DNA of 64,000 nucleotides from Sphaerochaetaceae bacterium (GTDB lineage Bacteria; Spirochaetota; Spirochaetia; Sphaerochaetales; Sphaerochaetaceae): NCBI GenBank assembly GCA_963643635.1, contig CAVILL010000001.1, positions 124 to 64,123 of the forward strand, read 5' to 3'. Shown piece by piece: positions 1 to 8,373 of this stretch (position 1 is its first letter; each line of letters starts with the position of its first letter). The notes under the pieces were generated by a model. It saw only the letters and a program-made list of their open reading frames with translations, ran no database searches and was not told where the DNA came from. The position numbers and the translations under genes were made by a program.

Positions 1-94
1 GGTATCGATGAGACGGAAACAGTCTCTCTTTCTGAAATTGTGACAGATTCCGCCAGTACTCCGTCAGAGTCCGGGAGGAGCCGAGTGAGCGCAT

Positions 95-1093
95 TCACAT
101 CGAAAGGACACGGCTCCAGATTTCGTCGTCCACGGTGACACCGGATGCAAGAGACTCCTCTCGTATCTTCCTCATTCCTTCTCCCGGAGTGTGTACGGGA
201 TGCTTTTCATCCCTCGGAGTCGACGCCTTTATATACTCAAGTGTCCTTCCGATTTCCTCGTCGATTCTCTTTCTGTCGGGGAAACGGGAAAGACTTACGG
301 CAATGAATACCTGGCACACTTCCGTCTCGCCTCCCCTCTCTCCGATGAGACGTGTGGTGTCGCCTCCCGCAAGAGATGCGGCAATGAGATCGAGGACAAT
401 CGAGAGTCCGGAGCCCTTCCAGTAGCCGATGGGGAATACCTGCATGGTTGAGGCAACCTCGCCGGGATTGCGGGAGACATTACCCTTTGAATCGTATCCG
501 GCATCGACGGGAGTCTCCTTACCTTCCCGGGCAAGAGTCTCGAGCTTACCGTAGGAGAACATGCTCATGGCCACGTCGACTACGACGCTCCCGCCGCAGT
601 GGGGAACTGCGAAGACTATCGGGTTGTTTCCGATTCTGACGTCCTTTCCGCCCCACGCCGTCATGTTCGGCATCGTATTCGTCCACATTATCCCGATGCA
701 GTCGTTATCGGCAGCCATCAGGCCGTAGTTGCCGGCTCTCATCCAGTGATTCGTGTTCCTGAGGGCGACAATGCCGACGGTATTCTCCTTCGCAATCTCC
801 ATCGCTCTCTTCGTCGCTCTGTACGCATTGAGGTTGCCCGGCCCCTTTCTCCCGTCCCAGCGTTCGAGAGGACCGAAGGAGGAATCGGGCACGGCCCTCG
901 CATTCACGTCAATCGTTCCGTTCTTTATGTCATTGATGAAGCGCGGGAATCTGTTGAGACCATGGGAATATACTCCGTCGCGGGATGCGTCGGCGAAGAG
1001 GGATGCACAGATTCTGCCGTCCTCACCCTCAATACCGTATTCATTGACGACTCTTTCGAGAACCGAGACAAGCGTATCATATGGAACTTTCAT
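95..1093 (-). CDS. dlgD: Ldh_2-family oxidoreductase, 2,3-diketo-L-gulonate reductase-like (YiaK/DlgD type)
   Basis: ORF 95..1186 trimmed to the MKVPYD start (ATG at 1093). It resembles E. coli YiaK/DlgD along its length as I remember it, with motifs GVYSHGLNRFPRF, ALRNTNHWMR, SMFSYGKLE and GYWKGSGLSIVLD. Confidence 0.8.
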   Translation of the reverse strand: MKVPYDTLVSVLERVVNEYGIEGEDGRICASLFADASRDGVYSHGLNRFPRFINDIKNGTIDVNARAVPDSSFGPLERWDGRKGPGNLNAYRATKRAMEIAKENTVGIVALRNTNHWMRAGNYGLMAADNDCIGIMWTNTMPNMTAWGGKDVRIGNNPIVFAVPHCGGSVVVDVAMSMFSYGKLETLAREGKETPVDAGYDSKGNVSRNPGEVASTMQVFPIGYWKGSGLSIVLDLIAASLAGGDTTRLIGERGGETEVCQVFIAVSLSRFPDRKRIDEEIGRTLEYIKASTPRDEKHPVHTPGEGMRKIREESLASGVTVDDEIWSRVLSM

Positions 1094-1324
1094 AACAACC
1101 TCACACCGGAATGTTATGAAAAACGGTAAAGGGACACAATGCCCCGCGATTGAATGCACATGACAGAGAAAGACAAAGTCGTACAAATTCTGAAGTTAAT
1201 GTCCTTGTTTGTACGAAGACGAAGAAAACCTTCTCCTGAATTTTGACATTTCAGGGCACCGGGAGACCTATAGATATATAGAGGAGGTTTTTTTTCCGAA
1301 CACAACAAAAGAAAAGGAGCATTT

Positions 1325-2179
1325 ATGAAAGAAAAAGAAAACGTCATCCATGGAGGAGAAGAGGAAAGACGGAGAACGGCAACAAAGGAGATCGGAAACA
1401 GCGTCTTCACCCTTCTCTTCAGAAATAAGAAGAGAGCACTCGGACTCTACCGGCTTCTCAATCCCGCAGACACGACGGTGAAGCGCAGTGACATCAGGAT
1501 AGTTCTCGTGAGGAACGTCATCGGAAAGGGATTCTACAACGAAATCGGCTTTCTCGTCAGGGAGAGGGATCTCTACATCATCGAGGCGCAGACGAGAATC
1601 TGTCCCGGAACGGGACTGAGGATGAGCGAAGACTGGCTGAAACTGTGTCTTGAGCATGGTGCGAATTCCGGTGAGCGGCAGTCCGGTTCCCCGACGCTTC
1701 CGGAAATGCTCATCCCGCATTTCCATGCAGTCTACACGGGAAAGGGAAATCCACCGCCGTCCTACACGGAGAAGGACGTATTCAGAGGGAAATCGGACTT
1801 CACCTACACAATCCCGATTCTCACGAAGGACAACACGAAGGGAATTCTCAGAGAGTACTGTCTTCTTGCCTCCCGTCTCGAATCGGAGAGAGAAGCATGC
1901 GACGCGGAGAACGCGGCGGAAGAGACCGTCAGATACTGCCTCAGCGCGGGCATTCTGAAGAATTTCATAACTCAGAACATATTCAGACTCAGGAGGATAA
2001 TGATGAAAAACATCCGGCAGGAAGAAATCTACGACATAATGGCAGAGGAGAGCAGGAAGAAAACCGAGCTCATCGAAGAAAAGGACAGAACCATAAAACA
2101 GCTTGAAAAGGAGATAGAAAGACTGAAAAAGCTCCTTTCCGCCGGCTCTCCCGACAATTCCGGACCTGTTCCGGCATAA
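1325..2179 (+). CDS. Rpn/YhgA-like PD-(D/E)XK nuclease family protein (so-called putative transposase)
   Basis: 284-aa ORF. The N-terminal half has the layout of Rpn-type proteins (NSVFTLLF..., NEIGFLVRERDLYIIEAQT). The C-terminus is a coiled coil (EEKDRTIKQLEKEIERLKK). The 307-aa antisense ORF is judged a shadow. Confidence 0.6.
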   Translation: MKEKENVIHGGEEERRRTATKEIGNSVFTLLFRNKKRALGLYRLLNPADTTVKRSDIRIVLVRNVIGKGFYNEIGFLVRERDLYIIEAQTRICPGTGLRMSEDWLKLCLEHGANSGERQSGSPTLPEMLIPHFHAVYTGKGNPPPSYTEKDVFRGKSDFTYTIPILTKDNTKGILREYCLLASRLESEREACDAENAAEETVRYCLSAGILKNFITQNIFRLRRIMMKNIRQEEIYDIMAEESRKKTELIEEKDRTIKQLEKEIERLKKLLSAGSPDNSGPVPA

Positions 2180-2186
2180 GAAGAAG

Positions 2187-2215
2187 GACACCCCTTCCCT
2201 GTCCGGAGGGGTGTC
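2187..2215. terminator. Perfect 9-bp hairpin between two convergent genes
   Basis: GACACCCCT (2187-2195) pairs with AGGGGTGTC (2207-2215) across an 11-nt loop. It lies between the stop at 2179 (+) and the stop at 2221 (-). The flanking T-runs are weak. Confidence 0.45.
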
Positions 2216-2220
2216 ATCAG

Positions 2221-3261
2221 TCAGACGATGAGTGCGAGAATCTGCTCGTCGGAGAGAGTCCTCAGGACGGGTTCCCCTCGCTCTGTAAGGAAGACGAAGC
2301 GCGTCTCTCCACTTCTGTTCTTCTTGTCCTTCTTCACGGCACTGAGGAATCGCTCATAGTCGGTCTTCTTCAACTTCGGTATGTTCTCGAAGGGATAGGA
2401 CGAGATGAGATTGACACTCCAGAGGTAGAAGTCCTGCGGCGTTATTCCGAGAAGAAGCCCCGCGGTCAGCGCCTTCTTCATGCCCCAGACGACTGCTTCG
2501 CCGTGAGAGACGCCGTAATCCGTGACGCTCTCGAGTGCGTGGCCGAAGGTATGGCCGAAATTGAGGAAGCTTCTTATTCCCTTAGTCTCCTCGGGATCCC
2601 TCTCTATATAGCTCTTCTTCACTGAAAGCGAAAGCTCCAGAAGGCGCATGACGGTCTCGTCGTCACGGGAGAGAATCTTCTCCTTCTCATCCATTAGAAG
2701 GTCGTAGAGATCGTTGCTCTCCGATAGAAGAGCGTGCTTCACAACCTCTCCCATTCCCGACATGAACTCGCTTGAGGGAAGAGAAGAGAGCGTGTAGACG
2801 GGGATGATCACCTCGGACGCGGGATAGAACGTTCCCACGAGATTCTTCGTATTCCCGTAGTCGACAGCGGTCTTGCCACCCAGTGTGGCATCGACCATGC
2901 ATAGAAGGGTCGTCGGGCAGAGAATGAGCCCCGCCCCTCTCATGTAGAGCGACGAAGCAAGCGCAGTCATGTCGCACACCACTCCGCCACCGAGGGCGAC
3001 GAAGGTGCTGTCGCGTCCGAGGGAAAGCGAGAGTGCATACGATATGATCCTTCCGAGGTTCTGAGGCGTCTTGTTGCACTCCCCGCTTTCGAGAACAAGC
3101 GTCTTCTCCGGGAAGGGAGAATACTGCAATGTATTCTCATCCGTGACGATGACGAAGGAGGAGAGTGAGGAAAGGCGCTCCTCAAGCTCCGCTCTTTCAG
3201 ATGTAATATATACTCCGGTAATCTTTCCCCCCTTCAGGGTGGAATCGAACAGTTTTCTCAT
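2221..3261 (-). CDS. aroB: 3-dehydroquinate synthase
   Basis: 346 aa. Motifs GGGVVCDMTALASSLYMRG, PTTLLCMVDATLGGKTAVD, NLVGTFYPA and FGHTFGHALE are typical of AroB. Confidence 0.9.
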   Translation of the reverse strand: MRKLFDSTLKGGKITGVYITSERAELEERLSSLSSFVIVTDENTLQYSPFPEKTLVLESGECNKTPQNLGRIISYALSLSLGRDSTFVALGGGVVCDMTALASSLYMRGAGLILCPTTLLCMVDATLGGKTAVDYGNTKNLVGTFYPASEVIIPVYTLSSLPSSEFMSGMGEVVKHALLSESNDLYDLLMDEKEKILSRDDETVMRLLELSLSVKKSYIERDPEETKGIRSFLNFGHTFGHALESVTDYGVSHGEAVVWGMKKALTAGLLLGITPQDFYLWSVNLISSYPFENIPKLKKTDYERFLSAVKKDKKNRSGETRFVFLTERGEPVLRTLSDEQILALIV

Positions 3262-3338
3262 ACCCGTATTCTAATTAACGGGAGACATTATTCCAATAAC
3301 TATGGACCAAAGTCTTAATAAAGGGAAAAATCTGAGGT

Positions 3339-4463
3339 ATGGAATTCTATTTCGACAATGCGGCTACAACAGCGATTTCTCCCGGAGCCCTCGAGGAATA
3401 CGTGAGAGTATCGCGGGAGGTGACGGGAAATCCGTCGTCGAACCACCGCATGGGAACGAAGGCGAAGGCACTTCTCGAGGAGAAGCGCTCGTCCATCGCA
3501 TCCATGCTGGAAGTTGAAGCGAAGAACATAATATTCACAAGCGGTGCAACCGAGTCCGTCGCGCTCTTCTTCCAGTCCCTTCTCTGGATGGGTAAGGGAA
3601 CGGTCATAATGTCCCGCATCGAGCACGAGGCGGTGACGGGCTGGAAAACGTTTCTGACAAAGGAAGGCTGGAACGTCGTCCAGATCAGAGCGAAGGGGGG
3701 ATTCGTTTCTCCGGAGGAACTCGGAAAAGCACTTACTCCCGACACGAAGGCAGTCTTCATAATGAGCGTCAACAACGTCACGGGAGCAATAGAGCCCGTG
3801 AAGGAGCTTGTGAGGACGGTAAGGGAATACGAGAAGGAGAACGGAAAGAGGATTCTCTTCTTCTCGGACTCTGTCCAGGCCCTCGGGAAGACGGGGCTCG
3901 ACCTCAGAGGATGGGACATTGACGGCGCATCCTTCTCGGCGCATAAGATAAACGGTCCGAGGGGAATCGGAATACTCTATGCAAAGAACCCCGACATCAT
4001 CCGGCCCCTCGCACCCGCAGGCGGACAGGAAAAGGGAAAGAGGGGCGGCACGGAGAACCTTCCCGCAATTGCGGCAATGGAGACGGCTCTCGGAGAATGG
4101 ATGAATGACAGAGAGGAGAACGAAAGAAAGGCGGGAGAAATCAAGGCCTACATAAAGAACAGCCTCATCGATGCGGGACTGAAGATATTCTCCCCCGAGA
4201 ATTCCTCCCCCTACATTCTCTCCATCGAGGGACCCCTTCCCTCCGAGGTCTTCACCCGCATGCTCTTCGACCGCGGCTTCTGCGTCTCGTCGGGCTCCGC
4301 GTGCTCGAACAACGCAAAGGGAAAGAGCGAGGGTATACTCGAAGCAATGGGAATAGACAACAGACGTGCCTCGAAGGCTGTGAGGATAAGTCTCTCGAAG
4401 GAGACGACTCTCACCGAGGCCGAAGCACTCGTAAAGACTGTAAAGGAGATTGTAAATGGCTGA
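3339..4463 (+). CDS. Cysteine desulfurase (class V aminotransferase, NifS/IscS-like), paired with thiI
   Basis: 374 aa. It starts MEFYFDNAATT, has the PLP-lysine context SFSAHKINGPRGIGILY and the active-site region SSGSACS. It overlaps thiI by 8 nt. Confidence 0.9.
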   Translation: MEFYFDNAATTAISPGALEEYVRVSREVTGNPSSNHRMGTKAKALLEEKRSSIASMLEVEAKNIIFTSGATESVALFFQSLLWMGKGTVIMSRIEHEAVTGWKTFLTKEGWNVVQIRAKGGFVSPEELGKALTPDTKAVFIMSVNNVTGAIEPVKELVRTVREYEKENGKRILFFSDSVQALGKTGLDLRGWDIDGASFSAHKINGPRGIGILYAKNPDIIRPLAPAGGQEKGKRGGTENLPAIAAMETALGEWMNDREENERKAGEIKAYIKNSLIDAGLKIFSPENSSPYILSIEGPLPSEVFTRMLFDRGFCVSSGSACSNNAKGKSEGILEAMGIDNRRASKAVRISLSKETTLTEAEALVKTVKEIVNG

Positions 4464-5667
4464 ACATCAGTACCTAATAAAGGAAGGGGAGATATCACTC
4501 AAGGGCGGCAACAGGATAATGTTCGAGCGTAAGCTCAGACAGAACATCCGTTCTAAGCTCAAGCCCTTCGAATGCCGCATGGACAAGACGAAGGGAAGAG
4601 TCTTCCTCTACGTCGACGAAGCGTGTCCGAAGGAGAGAATCGAGAAGGCCCTCAACACCACATTCGGCATCACCGGCTGGGCCCCCTCGTTCTGCACGGA
4701 GAACAGGGACATTGAAACAATACTCAATAAGGTCGACGAAATCCTCTCGTCCACACATCCCTTCGGAGAGACGGGCTCCTTCAAGGTAGAAGTCAGACGG
4801 GAGGACAAGTCCTATCCCCTCTCGTCGGTGGAGGTTGCATGCCGCACGGCCGACGTAGTCGAGAAGTACTACCCTCACCTCACAGTTGACCTCAAGCACC
4901 CGGACTATACAGTCACAGTTGAAATAAGGAACGAGTGCTACATCTACACCCACTCCTCGTCGGGATGCGGAGGACTTCCGGTATCGACGGCGGGAAGAGG
5001 AATGCTGCTGCTCTCGGGCGGCATCGACAGCCCCGTTGCGGGCTACCTCATGGCAAAGCGAGGCATAAAGCTCGACTGCTGCTACTTCCACGCCTACCCC
5101 TACACCTCCGAGATGGCACTCGAGAAGGTGAAGAAGCTTGCGTCCATCATCGCCCCCTACCTCCAGGGAACGCGACTCTTCGTAGTCCCCTTCACAAAGG
5201 GCCAGGAATACATAAGGGACAACGCAATCGAAGAGGAGGCGACTCTCATGTTCAGAGCTGCAATGCTCGAGGTGACAGAGCGCCTTGCCGGAGAGAATCA
5301 CGACACCGCGCTTGTCACGGGAGAAGCCGTAAGCCAGGTTGCCTCGCAGACCCTGGACGCACTTGAGTTCACGGACAGCATGACGGACCTTCTGGTCCTG
5401 AGGCCCCTCTGCGGCATGGACAAGGAGGAGATAATCGTAAAGGCGAAGAAGATCGGAAGCTACGAGACTTCGATTCTTCCCTACGAGGACTGCTGCGTCG
5501 TCTTCTCCCCCAGGCACCCGGTGACCCGTCCCGACAGAAACGAGACAAGAGAGCATTACTTCAACCTCAACATGAAGCCGTTAATCGAAGAGGCGGTAAG
5601 GAATACAGTCGTCTACACCTTCAATTCAAACGGTGAGGAGATAGTGAGAAATGAAGAAGCTGATTAA
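4456..5667 (+). CDS. thiI: tRNA 4-thiouridine(8) synthase ThiI
   Basis: 403 aa. The N-terminal ferredoxin-like/THUMP region begins GEISLKGGNRIMFE. The PP-loop is LLLSGGIDSPVAGYLMAKRG. Confidence 0.9.
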   Translation: MAEHQYLIKEGEISLKGGNRIMFERKLRQNIRSKLKPFECRMDKTKGRVFLYVDEACPKERIEKALNTTFGITGWAPSFCTENRDIETILNKVDEILSSTHPFGETGSFKVEVRREDKSYPLSSVEVACRTADVVEKYYPHLTVDLKHPDYTVTVEIRNECYIYTHSSSGCGGLPVSTAGRGMLLLSGGIDSPVAGYLMAKRGIKLDCCYFHAYPYTSEMALEKVKKLASIIAPYLQGTRLFVVPFTKGQEYIRDNAIEEEATLMFRAAMLEVTERLAGENHDTALVTGEAVSQVASQTLDALEFTDSMTDLLVLRPLCGMDKEEIIVKAKKIGSYETSILPYEDCCVVFSPRHPVTRPDRNETREHYFNLNMKPLIEEAVRNTVVYTFNSNGEEIVRNEEAD

Positions 5668-6694
5668 GGAGCACTGGTACATTATCCCCTATCTCCTCAC
5701 TGCAGCCGCAGCCCTCGTCATCCGTCCGCTCACGGGTGAGGAGATAGTGTCATACCCGTGGGACACACTCTGTTTCATCTTCATGTTCATGATCACTGCA
5801 GAGGGAATAAGAAAGGAAAAGCTCGCACTCCCCGTATTCAGAGTGCTCAACAGCGTGCGCTCGACTCCCTTCCTCATATTCCTCATCCTTCTTTCGACCT
5901 TCGTTTTCACCCTGTTCATTCCGGGCTGTGCTGCAGTTCTCATAATGCTTCCGTTCGTCGTGAGACTTCTCGAAGAAAGCAACAAGGCACAGTACACGGC
6001 GAAAACGGCGGCGATGATCGTGCTCCTGAGCGAAATCACGGGACTCGTCACCCCATACAGCTATGGAAACATCCCCCTCTTCTACAACAGGGAGACAAGC
6101 TTCGCTCTCTACGCATCGACGCTGCTCATTCCGTTCGCGGCAGTCCTCGTCGTCTTCGTCATTGAAGCCTTCATCCTCTTCGGGAAGACAAAGGGCGATG
6201 AGATATATCTCCACATAGAGAAGGAGGACTACTGGGAAAGCGAAAGAAAGGGAAAGAGGATACTCTACCCCGCATTCCTCATCGTCCTCCTCTTCGGCCG
6301 CAGATTCAACACCATTGACCTTCTTCTCGTAGTCGCACTTGCCTACGTCATACTCGACAGGGAAGTCTACAGGACCTTCAACTGGGGAATGTTCATAACT
6401 CTTCTCCTGATCATCACTTCAGCCTATACACTTGGAAGAATCATACCGGAGAGTCCTCTCTCCGAAACGCTTATATCCGTTCTCTTCACAAGAACGGGAG
6501 GAGCAGCCGCATACGGAAACTCCGTCAGTGCCGTGCGCCACTCCCTTCCGTCCTCCGTCCTCACCTTCTCCCTGTCCTTCATCTGTGCTCTCAGAGAACT
6601 CGAGGAAAAGGAGAAAAAGACCTTCGTGAAGGAATACGTACTTCTCGCTCTCCCGCCTCTGGCTGTGCTCGCTGTCTTCTCCCTCATCAATTGA
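5651..6694 (+). CDS. Polytopic membrane protein, possibly an ArsB/NhaD (CitMHS-like) superfamily permease
   Basis: 347 aa and almost entirely hydrophobic helices. It overlaps the thiI stop by 17 nt. The family call is tentative. Confidence 0.6.
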   Translation: MKKLIKEHWYIIPYLLTAAAALVIRPLTGEEIVSYPWDTLCFIFMFMITAEGIRKEKLALPVFRVLNSVRSTPFLIFLILLSTFVFTLFIPGCAAVLIMLPFVVRLLEESNKAQYTAKTAAMIVLLSEITGLVTPYSYGNIPLFYNRETSFALYASTLLIPFAAVLVVFVIEAFILFGKTKGDEIYLHIEKEDYWESERKGKRILYPAFLIVLLFGRRFNTIDLLLVVALAYVILDREVYRTFNWGMFITLLLIITSAYTLGRIIPESPLSETLISVLFTRTGGAAAYGNSVSAVRHSLPSSVLTFSLSFICALRELEEKEKKTFVKEYVLLALPPLAVLAVFSLIN

Positions 6695-6702
6695 GGAAGA
6701 AA

Positions 6703-6855
6703 TCATGTCTGAAGCTGTTTTCCTGTACCGTCTCTCCCGATTATGTCGGGATTTGTCCTGTACAGGAAAGGCTTCTTCTCACCGAACTGCTCAAGATACC
6801 CCTTCTCCAGCAGCGGATCGAGAATATTCCTTCTGAAATAGCTGGACGGTTTGAC
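6703..6855 (-). pseudogene. C-terminal remnant (about 48 codons) of a Fic / RecG-C-terminal-like putative regulator
   Basis: The minus-frame translation is PSSYFRRNILDPLLEKGYLEQFGEKKPFLYRTNPD...QT*. It resembles the conserved tail (..YLNPLIEaGlLe.t.PdkP..) of that family. There is an in-frame stop just upstream and no start codon. Confidence 0.35.
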
Positions 6856-6928
6856 TCAGATTGAAGATGCGATTTCCTCTGCTTCCTTTGCACCGAATTC
6901 TAGCTCACAACTATCGGAGATATCGGGA

Positions 6929-7177
6929 ATGACCATAACAATAAGAAAACGGGGCAACAGTCCGGGACTAATTCTTCCCAGGATTGTGCTTGACGAACTC
7001 AGGATGAAGGCGGGGGGTGAACTATCCCTGACAAGTGACGGAGAAAAGACAATCACATTGAAATCCAGAAACAGGAAACAGGAATCGGAAGACCTTCTTT
7101 CAAGAATTACGCAGGAGAATATGCATAACGAAGAATCCCCCGCTCTTATCGGGAATGAATTCTTACATACCGGATGA
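6929..7177 (+). CDS. mazE: MazE/PemI-like antitoxin (AbrB/SpoVT fold)
   Basis: ORF trimmed to MTITIRKRGNSPGLILPRIVLDELRMKAGGELSL, the classic SpoVT/AbrB swapped-hairpin start. It sits immediately upstream of a PemK/MazF ORF. Confidence 0.8.
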   Translation: MTITIRKRGNSPGLILPRIVLDELRMKAGGELSLTSDGEKTITLKSRNRKQESEDLLSRITQENMHNEESPALIGNEFLHTG

Positions 7178-7495
7178 AAGAGACATCGTATGGATTTCCC
7201 CGGGCACGAACAGAAAGGAAGACGTCCCGCACTGGTTCTATCCCCACAATCCTACAACAGAACAGGATTGTTTCCGGTCTGTCCGATTACAAATCAGATA
7301 AAAGGCTGTCCTTTTGAAGTACTGCTGGGGACAAATCACCTGACGACAGGTGCCATACTGGCAGATCAGGTAAAAAGTCTGGACCGGACACGGAGACGAA
7401 TCGAATTCAGAGAAACTGCAGATGCCTCTCTTGTGTCCATGGTGAAAGACAGGATAGCTCTGCTGCTGCAGAATCAGCTCCGGCATTGTTCGTGA
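7155..7495 (+). pseudogene. mazF: MazF/PemK-family endoribonuclease toxin with an apparent 1-nt frameshift after codon 13
   Basis: ORF 7190..7495 reads MDFPGHEQKGRRPALVLSPQSYNRTGLFPVCPITNQIKGCPFEV (PemK-like). The missing first strand, MNSYIPDERDIVW, is encoded from ATG 7155 in another frame. That ATG overlaps the end of mazE, as is usual for mazEF. Confidence 0.65.
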
Positions 7496-7565
7496 TACTC
7501 ACCTTTTGAGCGTCATGTACTGTTTCCAGCCGGAAAAATGATCGGATGTTGCACAACGCTTCTTT

Positions 7566-8165
7566 TTACGCATTCTCTCCCGGATAGTATTTCTTCTCTA
7601 TCAGAACGGAAAACTCTCTTGTGGAGAATGAATACTGCATTCTCCTGAACACAAACAGAGGAACATCCGACCATCCCGACCAGAGCTCGTCGGGACTCCA
7701 GAGTTCCCCGGGACCCGGAGAATGGAGGTCAACGGAGACGAGAGACACATCCATGCTGTCACGCCATACTGCAACGGTATCGGCTGCTGTTCTGAAGAAG
7801 ACGGCAACGGGATAGACAATCCCGTCATTCTTTCCGGAAGACTGTACCTCGTCATATACGAGGAAGATATCCTCAACAACAGCATCGACGGAAAATGCGA
7901 CGGGAGGAATGTCATCAATGGAAGAATACGGAACCTTCGGAGAATCTACGGAAAGAGCAAAGTCCACGTCCTCGTTCTTCTCCCCCATATACTCCGTCTC
8001 CACACCCGAGACAGTGACATATATCCTGTCTTCCCCGAAGTCGACGACTGCCGTGTTCCCGCCCGTACGCCTCCTCTCGAAAGACCAGTACGGTGCAAAC
8101 GAGACACGCTCGATTCTCTTCCCGGGAAACCTCTTCAGAAATGCATAATCCTCAACCGACTTCAT
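7566..8165 (-). CDS. Hypothetical protein
   Basis: ORF 7566..8234. The MKSVEDY start at 8165 is preferred but uncertain. I recognise no motif. Confidence 0.5.
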   Translation of the reverse strand: MKSVEDYAFLKRFPGKRIERVSFAPYWSFERRRTGGNTAVVDFGEDRIYVTVSGVETEYMGEKNEDVDFALSVDSPKVPYSSIDDIPPVAFSVDAVVEDIFLVYDEVQSSGKNDGIVYPVAVFFRTAADTVAVWRDSMDVSLVSVDLHSPGPGELWSPDELWSGWSDVPLFVFRRMQYSFSTREFSVLIEKKYYPGENA

Positions 8166-8373
8166 CGGATTCCTCCTTCCGTATACAAAGACACATCTCT
8201 CCCAGATTCTCCTCAAACCGCCGAGCTCGGTCAATCCAGATAATGCCTGATCGGATTTCCGGAAGAACCAAAAGCATGTGGATGATTATGAATGTCAAAT
8301 CATGTCTTTTATTTGTCTTTTGCTCAATCAGGAATTATTATGGGAGTTGAAGATTATTGAGGGAGATTAAAAA

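Noticed and set aside
1268-2191. 307-aa minus-strand ORF covering the Rpn-like gene
   Set aside because: It is antisense to an ORF with recognisable family motifs. Its own sequence is low-complexity and I recognise no motif, so it is treated as a shadow ORF.
4495-5556. 353-aa minus-strand ORF inside thiI, and similar long antisense ORFs at 13187-13957, 14068-14874, 19614-20651, 27153-28124, 30400-31938, 33065-34009, 35298-36341, 44411-45358, 45804-46772, 47784-49220, 50396-51175, 51201-52496, 59316-60371 and 60825-61577
   Set aside because: Each lies opposite a confidently identified conserved gene (thiI, the lipid kinase, plsC, ileS, udk/galM, ftsH, mscS/tilS, pth/rplY, glyQS, gltX, argG, the ABC transporter genes, the MATE gene, the M18 peptidase). 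Their translations are Arg/Ser/Leu-rich with no recognisable motifs. These are typical frame shadows in roughly 50% GC DNA.
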